The translations under genes were made by a program, and so were the position numbers. Positions 39,929 through 46,950 of a stretch of 46,950 nt of DNA are shown one piece after another; position 1 is the first letter of the stretch; the number at the start of each line of letters is the position of its first letter. The notes under the pieces were generated by a model that ran no database searches, had not been told where the DNA came from, and worked only from the letters and a program-made list of their open reading frames with translations. Source of the DNA: a virus (taxonomy: Duplodnaviria > Caudoviricetes); IMG/VR virus record IMGVR_UViG_3300032274_000010, positions 1 to 46,950 of that record; one strand, given 5' to 3'.

Positions 39929-42646
39929 CTATGGGATAAGGCGGCGGCGTTGCCCGTCGCGGACTGTTGGGACGATCAGGCCCCGGAATCGGTCCTCAAG
40001 TTGCCGGTCCCGCTGATCTAGTTCGCGGCGTAACATATCGCGCTCGGTATCGCTGCCCCCGCTGATTTTAATTTCCGACGACATGACAACGACGGTTTGC
40101 TGTGACGCCGACGACTGAATCGCCGCGCTGCCCGCGACCGCGTCGCCGATAGCATTGCCGCCGCCCCCGGTTATCGCGCTGATCCCGGTCGAGATAAAAT
40201 CAGACAAGGGGTTCGTGACAAACTCCCGGAACAAAATCCGGGTTATATCTTGCGCCAAAGATTGCAAAATATCGCCGAGCGACTCGGCTTGTAAAATCGC
40301 GTCCTCAAACGCCCCGCCGATTGATTTGCCAATTGCCTCCCCCAATTCGGACGCCGCGTCGGTCGCGTCCTCGATTCCGCTGCCAACACGTTGGACAACC
40401 GCTGAAAGATCGTCCGCAAAACCCTCCGGCAACAAGCCTTCAAAGTCCATATTTTCCAACGCGGCCAAAAATTCGGCGGGCGTGTCAAACGAATCCGCGA
40501 GATCTTCAAGCGCCGCCGTAACGGCCCGGATCACGGCGACTTCCCGGACAATTTCGCCCTCGTCGAAAAGTCCGTTTTGTGCGCCCTGCCGAATCATTTC
40601 CAGTTGGGCCGCAAAATCCTCTGTCGGGTTCCGCAACCGTTCCAGATTATCGCCGAACGCTTGGCTAAACGCCGATTCAAAAGCCTCCTCGGCCTCCTGT
40701 GCTTCTTCCTTGGCGCGCTCAACCGCGTCCGTCATGCCCTGCAAGGCTGTCGCGCGGCGGTTCATTTCCTCGGCAAGTGCTGATTTTCCAGAATCGCCGG
40801 ACGATCCGCCGGACGATCCGCTTTCCGACCCGCCGTTCAACAGTCTGAATTGCTCGTTGTTTGCAGCTTCTAACGCCCCTTCATACGCCGCGACATATGT
40901 CGTCAATCTGTTGATCGTTGTTTCCAGTTCTGCCGCCCGCGCGGTTTCCGCTTCCGTGAAATTGCCCCCGGCCCGGCGCGCAAGTTCCCGCTGTCGGCGT
41001 CGCATAAACGCCCGTTGATCAGGCCCTAGCCCGACCTGATTCGGGTCAAGGATTGGCTGTTCTGCCGTTGCCGCCGCCCCCTCCGGGGTTAGGTTAGAAT
41101 GTTCCCCTTGCGCGGCCATTAGTTGCGCCCGCATGATTGCAAGATTCTCGGTGTAGCGTGTGACTCGGTCGTTCATGTCGTCCAAGCGATCCAGACGCAT
41201 AACCTCGTTGAAAGCCTCTTGTGCTTCCGTTGTCAGATTAAGTTCAGTGCGGAGACTTTCGGCCTCCGACGTTATGTCCTCCATGCGACGGCGCGCCCGG
41301 TCGGCGTTGTTTGCCAACGCTAACATGCCGATGGAGGCCGCCGTAATCGCGAGTCCAATCGGACCGCCAAAGAAAGCCAACGCGCCCGACGCCGCCCGAC
41401 CGGCGACCGCAAGGGCGCGCGAGGCAAGGGTCGCCCGCTGTTGCGCTGCCGCCAATCGAATCGCCGCGCGTTCTGCCGCGACTGTTGCAACGGCAACGCG
41501 GCCCTGTGCAACGGACAAGATCGTCGCCGACTCGCCTTGCGCGACCATTGCTTGCGCGGCGGTTAACGCCGCCTGTCGGCTTGCAAGGGTCGCCGCCGTC
41601 GTCCGTGCCGTCGCGGTCCGCGTCTGAATTAGGCGGGTGTTTAGCTGCCGCGCGCTTTGCTCCTTGGCGATCAGGGACCGGGTTGCCTGCCCTGTCGCCG
41701 CCGCTAGTCCCCCCATGCCCCGCGACGCAAGAATCGCAAGGCCGCCGCCGCCTAGCAAAATCGCCGCGCCCGCAACAGATTCAAAATTGTTGGCAAGCCC
41801 CGTTAATGCCTCCGCGAGTCGGCCTGTTGCGTTGAGCGAAGAATCGGACTCGCCGATATAAACGAGCAAGGCGTTTTGGATTTGTTGGACCGCCTGCCCG
41901 ACCGTCGTCGGCAGTTGATCAAATTCGCCTTGAAGCGTTCCCCCGGCGGCCTGCAATGCTGCAAAGATTCGCTCGGTTGTTAACTCCCCCTCGGCCCCAA
42001 GTTCGCGCAATCGCCCGACAGTGACTTCCCCGACTCCTGCCGTCGCTGTCAGACCTTCCGCAAGGGCGCGACTAAATCGGACATTGCCTTCCAAAACGGA
42101 TCGCAATTCGTCCCCACGTAATGCCCCGGATGCAAGGCCCTGTGAAAGCTGAATTGTCGAGTTGGCGGCCTCCGCCGCTGTCGCCCCGGAGATAACAAAC
42201 GTCTGATTCAATCGTTCAACAAACTGGATGATTTCCTCGTCTGCAACGTCGCGCAACCCGCCCCGCAATCGACTAAAAAGGGCGGTGTTCGCCGCGACAG
42301 GCGCGCGAGTCCGTTGGGCAACGTCCAACAGGGATTGGAAAACGCCTGTCGCCCGATCCGCGTCGCCTGTGACGGCCCGCAACTGGCCTTGGAGCAAGTT
42401 ATAACTGTCGGCGTATTCGATCACGGCACGGGCAGACACGCCCGCCGCTAACGCCCCAAGGGCGGGGAGCAAGATTGTCCGGATTGATCCGGCAAACCCT
42501 TGGACCGCCCGTTCTGATCTGTTCATATCGCGGGTCGTGGAATCGGCGAACCTATCGAAGCGCCGATCCATGCGATTCACGGCATTTTCTGCCTCGCCGA
42601 AACGCGCTTCCAAAATATAGACGAGTCGTTCGGCTTCTGTCGCCAT
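39929..42646 (-). CDS. Tape measure protein
   Basis: QLSQGLASG.LRGDELRSVLE...G.LREL..EG.LT; Ala-rich helical; start MATEAE. Confidence 0.95.
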   Translation of the reverse strand: MATEAERLVYILEARFGEAENAVNRMDRRFDRFADSTTRDMNRSERAVQGFAGSIRTILLPALGALAAGVSARAVIEYADSYNLLQGQLRAVTGDADRATGVFQSLLDVAQRTRAPVAANTALFSRLRGGLRDVADEEIIQFVERLNQTFVISGATAAEAANSTIQLSQGLASGALRGDELRSVLEGNVRFSRALAEGLTATAGVGEVTVGRLRELGAEGELTTERIFAALQAAGGTLQGEFDQLPTTVGQAVQQIQNALLVYIGESDSSLNATGRLAEALTGLANNFESVAGAAILLGGGGLAILASRGMGGLAAATGQATRSLIAKEQSARQLNTRLIQTRTATARTTAATLASRQAALTAAQAMVAQGESATILSVAQGRVAVATVAAERAAIRLAAAQQRATLASRALAVAGRAASGALAFFGGPIGLAITAASIGMLALANNADRARRRMEDITSEAESLRTELNLTTEAQEAFNEVMRLDRLDDMNDRVTRYTENLAIMRAQLMAAQGEHSNLTPEGAAATAEQPILDPNQVGLGPDQRAFMRRRQRELARRAGGNFTEAETARAAELETTINRLTTYVAAYEGALEAANNEQFRLLNGGSESGSSGGSSGDSGKSALAEEMNRRATALQGMTDAVERAKEEAQEAEEAFESAFSQAFGDNLERLRNPTEDFAAQLEMIRQGAQNGLFDEGEIVREVAVIRAVTAALEDLADSFDTPAEFLAALENMDFEGLLPEGFADDLSAVVQRVGSGIEDATDAASELGEAIGKSIGGAFEDAILQAESLGDILQSLAQDITRILFREFVTNPLSDFISTGISAITGGGGNAIGDAVAGSAAIQSSASQQTVVVMSSEIKISGGSDTERDMLRRELDQRDRQLEDRFRGLIVPTVRDGQRRRLIP

Positions 42647-42699
42647 AGGTCGCGGCCCTTGCAAATGATCGGGGCAACATACGCCGACTCACGGGGGAC

Positions 42700-42726
42700 G
42701 GAAAGCCCCGGCGATTGCCGGGGCCG
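42700..42726 (-). terminator. Terminator-like hairpin after the moron
   Basis: GCCCCGG-caatcg-CCGGGGC-TTTCC. Confidence 0.6.
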
Positions 42727-42737
42727 TCCTGTATGGA

Positions 42738-44027
42738 TCAGGCGGCGACCGCCGGGCGGTTTATAACCGTCTGAATCTCGCCCTCATAGGTGTCATGCGA
42801 CTTGATCGTCGCCTTGACTGTCAGGCCGACGGCGTCCGGGTTGCAATCGGCAAGGGCCGCCGTGAAGGCATTGCGTCCGCCCTTAAACACGACAACCCGG
42901 CCCGCGTCGTCAATCATTTTGAGGATAATAAAGGGGCCGTAATTGCCGTCCATTTCGATCCGCTTAATGATCCGGGCGATCTGCAAGTCCCGGCGCTCGC
43001 CGGGCTGGCCTATATGCGCATTCGTTGCGGCAATGTCGACAACGGCTTGTTTTTCGGCTTCGCGCTTTTCGTTAAACGTCTGATCCTTGGCATATCCGGG
43101 GATCATGCCACACGCGAAACCGGCGGTCCGATATGTCACCTCGTTTGCTTCCGCGATCCGGCGCACCATTTCGGCAAACGTGTTTTCGCCCTTGATCGCG
43201 CGGCCCCAATCCAACACGGCGGCGGCCTGATCGGCATAAGCCCCGGTTTCGACCGCGTCCGCAATTGGTTTGATTTCGCGCGCATAACGCTCCTTAATCG
43301 CCGCGCGCGTATCCCGACAGCGGACGCCTTGCAATAATGATGCAAGGCCCTGTAAGGCGTCGATCACGCGGGATTTCGTCGAGTCCTTGCCGCTGTCGCA
43401 ATTGGCGGGGATATAACGTCCATCAAGATCGACGGCGGCCAAGGCGTGTTGCAAAAAGTGCCGGGCCGTAAACTCAACAGACCCGCCCCGGCAAAACCCG
43501 CCGGACAGCATATCCAAGGGATCGGCAGAGGCGAAGCTGTCGGGGTCAAATGCGCAAGCGGCAAACGCGGCCTCCGGATTGCCAGATCGCAAAAAGTCCC
43601 GGACGCAAGACGACCCGACAACGACGACGGCGTCGGTTGAGTCGTTGCGCAAAACGTATGCAATGTTCCGCGCCCGCGTCGTGTGGCAATGGTCGCAACG
43701 ATCAGGCGTCGCGGCCTTGATCTGCTCGACATACTCAACGGCAAAACGGTCGCGCGTCGTTTCGATCAGCAAAACCGACCCCTCACGTTCAACGGTTGCG
43801 ATCAGCGTATGACCGGCAACGCGCGGCAGGGGATTGTTAAACTCCAAGACATGCCCGGCGGCCTTGCGGATTGGCCTTCCATTGTGATTCACGTCAAAGA
43901 CCGTGACGGCCCGAAACTCGTGATCTAACAGGTCTTGCCCAAACTTGGCGGCCTTGCGGTTGAAGGTCGCGACCCGATCCGTTGCTTTCGCATAATTGGC
44001 GGCGGCGATAAAAACTTGTTTAGACAT
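42738..44027 (-). CDS. Non-structural protein (Zn-binding motif plus possible C-terminal OB fold) inserted in the tail operon
   Basis: CDHC.T.R.R...VGSSC..DF; HIG..GER...VKATIK.H..YEG..QT...RP; start MSKQVF after the leader. Confidence 0.75.
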   Translation of the reverse strand: MSKQVFIAAANYAKATDRVATFNRKAAKFGQDLLDHEFRAVTVFDVNHNGRPIRKAAGHVLEFNNPLPRVAGHTLIATVEREGSVLLIETTRDRFAVEYVEQIKAATPDRCDHCHTTRARNIAYVLRNDSTDAVVVVGSSCVRDFLRSGNPEAAFAACAFDPDSFASADPLDMLSGGFCRGGSVEFTARHFLQHALAAVDLDGRYIPANCDSGKDSTKSRVIDALQGLASLLQGVRCRDTRAAIKERYAREIKPIADAVETGAYADQAAAVLDWGRAIKGENTFAEMVRRIAEANEVTYRTAGFACGMIPGYAKDQTFNEKREAEKQAVVDIAATNAHIGQPGERRDLQIARIIKRIEMDGNYGPFIILKMIDDAGRVVVFKGGRNAFTAALADCNPDAVGLTVKATIKSHDTYEGEIQTVINRPAVAA

Positions 44028-44086
44028 TTGCGGCTCCCTTTCGCTGATCCGATAGGGGGAAAATGCCATTTTGCAGGGGGGGACAA

Positions 44087-44117
44087 TAGGGGGACAGTTA
44101 CCCGATCAGTCCCCCTC
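44087..44117 (-). promoter_or_regulatory. Gapped palindrome copy H
   Basis: GAGGGGGAC-tgatcgggtaact-GTCCCCCTA, 60 nt upstream of ATG 44027. Confidence 0.85.
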
Positions 44118-44378
44118 CGATGATCCCGGAACGCCCGACGCGCGGGCGATCATTTCGTCTTGCATGGCCTCAAACTCGTCTAGCATGGCCTCTTGCTGTT
44201 TCGGCGAGACGGGGCCGTCTGTCCGGTCCTGATCGCGTTCGCGGTTGCGTCGCGCCCGGTCGGATAAGATCGCATAAAATTCGGCCGGACTTATGCCGCG
44301 CCAAAATGCCTCGCCATGAAGTCCCATATCCGACGCAAGGTATAGGACGGCCCGCCAACGGGCCGCGCGGCTAAAGGG
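44106..44378 (-). CDS. Tail assembly chaperone, -1 frame extension (gpT-like)
   Basis: Frame open from the slippery site: PFSRAARWRAVLYLASDMGLHGEAFWRGISPAEF. Confidence 0.75.
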   Translation of the reverse strand, partial: PFSRAARWRAVLYLASDMGLHGEAFWRGISPAEFYAILSDRARRNRERDQDRTDGPVSPKQQEAMLDEFEAMQDEMIARASGVPGSSEGD

Positions 44379-44836
44379 GCTTTATCCCTACCCTCCCCGT
44401 CCTCGTCGCCGTCCTCGCCCGCCTCGGGGGCAAACTGATCCCAATCGACAAGACCTTCCGGCCCCATGTGCAACAGGGCGACCGCTTGGAGCAGGAAGGG
44501 GGACGATCCCCGGATCGGGTTCAAAGGGCCTTCCGCGATAATCGCGTCGAGCAGGGCGTCGGGATCGGCGCGCAACGTGTCCGGCAGTTCCGGCGATTCT
44601 TGCAATATGATCGCCGTCGCTTGCGCGATCATAGTCCCCGGCGCGTCCAATAGTTTGCGCGCGGCCCCGGCAAGCGATCCCGTTTCAGGGTCGCCTAGCA
44701 GGTCTTCGATTCTGGCAAGCATTTGAAAATTGGGTCGGACGGTTAATCGGATTGGACCGTCGTCAAGATTGAGGCTGTAAAACAGTTCGGAGCGGAGATC
44801 GTTGCCAATCGCCGCCCCGTGTTTTTTCTGTCGCAT
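44291..44836 (-). CDS. Tail assembly chaperone (gpG-like)
   Basis: Follows the tail tube; RP.F..LA.IE..LG; acidic tail before the slippery site. Confidence 0.8.
   Translation of the reverse strand: MRQKKHGAAIGNDLRSELFYSLNLDDGPIRLTVRPNFQMLARIEDLLGDPETGSLAGAARKLLDAPGTMIAQATAIILQESPELPDTLRADPDALLDAIIAEGPLNPIRGSSPFLLQAVALLHMGPEGLVDWDQFAPEAGEDGDEDGEGRDKAPLAARPVGGPSYTLRRIWDFMARHFGAA
44348..44378 (-). other. Programmed -1 frameshift signal
   Basis: In-frame C CCT TTA heptamer (44378-44372), 6-nt spacer, hairpin CGGCCCG-TTGG-CGGGCCG. Confidence 0.75.
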
Positions 44837-44856
44837 ACTGACTCCGCTAGGCTGGC

Positions 44857-45291
44857 CTAGCTTGCGGCATACGTGATAGCGCCGTCCGATTCAAGTTGGA
44901 TTCCCTTTGTCGCGCCCTGCCCGGCGTCGCCGCCAAGTTCGATTGACGACGTAGCGAACGCCCCTGTGAATGTCCCGATATTGGGGACCGTCACTTGAAA
45001 GTTCATAATCCGATCCGTCCCGGCGGCGGCAAACTTGTCGGCCAAGATTTCCTTGAGCCGCGTGTTTGTGCTGTTCAAAATGCCCCGGCCTTGGACAGAC
45101 AAAGACCGGATAGGCTCGCCCCCGTCCAACAGTTGACGCCAAAGACCCGTTGAGTCCTTGGAAGTCTGATCAACTGTCGAGTCGTTGATCCGGACCGAGT
45201 CCGCTTGCATGGCCTCAATGGTGTTATATGTCCCCGACGCGGGGGACGATTCAATCGCGATCAGGACGCCGCTTCCGCCTACTCCGGCCAT
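44857..45291 (-). CDS. Major tail tube protein (GTA/TP901-like)
   Basis: IN..TVD.TSKDS.G.WR.LL..G..RS.SV.G.G...G.F.G.F.......G......LES.G. Confidence 0.9.
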   Translation of the reverse strand: MAGVGGSGVLIAIESSPASGTYNTIEAMQADSVRINDSTVDQTSKDSTGLWRQLLDGGEPIRSLSVQGRGILNSTNTRLKEILADKFAAAGTDRIMNFQVTVPNIGTFTGAFATSSIELGGDAGQGATKGIQLESDGAITYAAS

Positions 45292-45303
45292 AATGTGACT
45301 CCG

Positions 45304-45702
45304 TTATTTGCTCGGCGCTTTGCGGGTTGTCCGCTTGCGCTTTGCGGGTTTCGATTTCTGCCCGGCGTCCGCCGGTTCCGATTCCTGTTCTACCGCTTTT
45401 TTCGTCGGCTTGTAAGGATAGGGCGGCAACTCGCCGACAATCACTTCGCCGCGACCGGACGCGATAGCCTGCCGGGCGGCGAATAAAGTCGTTACGCGCC
45501 CGGCGGCCTTGTTCCCGATCCCCTCTTGATCAGATCGCGGCAGATCGGGGAACGGCTCGTCGTGCAAATGGACTTCGTAATCAGGCCCGAGGCGCTGCCC
45601 GTCGTCCAACAGTTGCGCCCGTTGCGTCGTGAAGTCGCGGCCAATCGCCGGAATCACGATCACATTCACGGGCTCGTTAATCCGGATTTTGATCGTTTTC
45701 AT
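45304..45702 (-). CDS. Hypothetical tail-region protein with basic C-terminus
   Basis: AAAGGA RBS; synteny. Confidence 0.7.
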   Translation of the reverse strand: MKTIKIRINEPVNVIVIPAIGRDFTTQRAQLLDDGQRLGPDYEVHLHDEPFPDLPRSDQEGIGNKAAGRVTTLFAARQAIASGRGEVIVGELPPYPYKPTKKAVEQESEPADAGQKSKPAKRKRTTRKAPSK

Positions 45703-45713
45703 GCGTTTCCTTT

Positions 45714-45998
45714 CTATGCGATAGCCTGATCGTCAACGTCCAACAAATTGGCTCCCGCCCCTTCTATTGCATCATTCGCATAAAACACAAACGGGGCAGA
45801 CCGGACGCCGGGCGTGACGGGAGTCGGGGACAGGGGGTCGCTATAATCAAAAACCGGGGGCGTAATCCAGACCCCCCGCTCCCCGCGCATTGTCCCGCCG
45901 ACGAGGATCGCGTCGTCGCCTTGACCTTCAAAAATGGCCGGGGCCGCTGCCATAGCGGCGGCCTTGCTGTCGAACGCATAAAGTAATTTTTGAGTCAT
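45714..45998 (-). CDS. Small protein coupled to the fibre fusion (possible chaperone)
   Basis: ATGA overlap at MTQKLL. Confidence 0.65.
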   Translation of the reverse strand: MTQKLLYAFDSKAAAMAAAPAIFEGQGDDAILVGGTMRGERGVWITPPVFDYSDPLSPTPVTPGVRSAPFVFYANDAIEGAGANLLDVDDQAIA

Positions 45999-46950
45999 AG
46001 CTTCGCCATTTGTTGCAAGGTGTCTTCTGTTTTTGACGCGGGATAAAATGCGAACTTGCGCAAATATCCTTTCAGGTGAGATCCAGACGACGGCGTTGTC
46101 CCAAGGTGCAACGTCGTCGCCGGGTCGGTCGGCAAAGGCCAAGACGCATTCGTCACAACTGCCGCGCCCGGTGTTTTGACACACCCGGCGAAATCGCTTG
46201 CTGCCGACCGGAAGGCCAGTTGATTGATTTCCCCGATTGTATTACGAGCGCCCGCCGCAACATTGAGCGCAATGACCCCGGCCTCGGCTGAAAACACGTT
46301 GACGTTAGCCGAGTCCATATATGACGAAATATAATCGTCTGGCGAGCCGTTGCTATACGAAAACAAGTAATCGAGTCCCGTATAAACGCGGGGCATGAAT
46401 TGCGCGAAAATCGTATATGGCTCGTCAACGCCCCACGCGGAGTCGGTAATCGTTATAATGTCTGCCGCGCGAGTCGTTTGCGCCGGGACGCCCGTCGCGT
46501 TTAAGACGGGCGACGACGCGCCGACCGCGAGTTCCATTTGTGGCGCGCCGAGGCGTAATGTCAGATCAATTGCCCCGCCGCCGTCTGCCGTGACGGCAAT
46601 CCCACAACCGATATAAACGCCCCCGGCGGCGCAAAGATGCGACACACAAAACCGCTTTTTAATTGATCCGCTCAAAAGGCTCGTTATGTCGATCTCTGAC
46701 GCGCCAACGCTTGTCCCCCCGGCGTTGAACTCGCGGATTCGCAATTTTACGCTGCCGACATTTGCAAGCGATCCCCCGGCAATTTCAACGCAAACTGCCG
46801 CCGTATATGTCAGACCGTCGAGGCTTGAAACCCCGTCGCCCGTGGACGTGCGGTCCTCAAACAAGATTTCCGCAAAATCGCCATTTGACGGGCTCGCAAT
46901 TACGTTCCTTATATTCACACTCGGCCAGCCCTCGCTAAGGGCCTGATCCG
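45995..46950 (-). CDS. Tail-tube/fibre fusion, 3' part (beta-rich, LamG/ConA-like C-terminus)
   Basis: Same frame as 1-902; PQMEL...SSP......TTRAAD...L.LG......L.GYLRKF.FYP. Confidence 0.85.
   Translation of the reverse strand, partial: DQALSEGWPSVNIRNVIASPSNGDFAEILFEDRTSTGDGVSSLDGLTYTAAVCVEIAGGSLANVGSVKLRIREFNAGGTSVGASEIDITSLLSGSIKKRFCVSHLCAAGGVYIGCGIAVTADGGGAIDLTLRLGAPQMELAVGASSPVLNATGVPAQTTRAADIITITDSAWGVDEPYTIFAQFMPRVYTGLDYLFSYSNGSPDDYISSYMDSANVNVFSAEAGVIALNVAAGARNTIGEINQLAFRSAASDFAGCVKTPGAAVVTNASWPLPTDPATTLHLGTTPSSGSHLKGYLRKFAFYPASKTEDTLQQMAKL
46824..46950. repeat. Terminal direct repeat, copy 2
   Basis: Identical to 1-127. Confidence 0.97.

Noticed and set aside
5337-44117. Palindrome copies as CRISPR repeats or integron attC sites
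   Set aside because: They are dispersed and not arrayed, there is no Cas or integrase, no RYYYAAC/GTTRRRY cores, and the spacing is fixed relative to start codons.
1-46950. DGR, tRNA genes or alternative genetic code
   Set aside because: I saw no reverse transcriptase, TR/VR pair or cloverleaf, and core genes are intact under the standard code.

Overview
The window is an apparently complete, circular 46,823-bp genome of a GC-rich long-tailed (siphovirus-type) dsDNA phage. Bases 1-127 equal 46824-46950. The host is probably an alphaproteobacterium, judged from GapR and a CtrA-like DNA-binding domain. Almost all genes are on the minus strand: terminases, a portal-MuF fusion, protease, HK97 capsid, neck, tail, TAC frameshift pair, tape measure, tail tip and a four-gene lysis cassette. 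One plus-strand operon carries Gp157-like, RecT and HNH genes. I could not recognise an integrase, CI repressor, polymerase, primase, helicase or replication initiator. Main observations: (1) an oriC-like cluster of inward-facing DnaA boxes around an AT-rich core, in a genome that also encodes a receiver-less CtrA-like protein, GapR, a ParB-like protein and a beta-class MTase; (2) eight dispersed copies of the gapped palindrome GGGGGAY-N13-RTCCCSCTM, each 50-61 nt upstream of a start codon with a shared leader; (3) a ParB-amino-MTase split by an inserted PLP-dependent enzyme domain and coupled to a nucleotidyltransferase; (4) a second tail-tube paralog fused to a fibre-like domain, hidden across the contig junction; (5) a membrane-anchored PAS protein. 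All family calls come from motif recognition by eye, not database searches.
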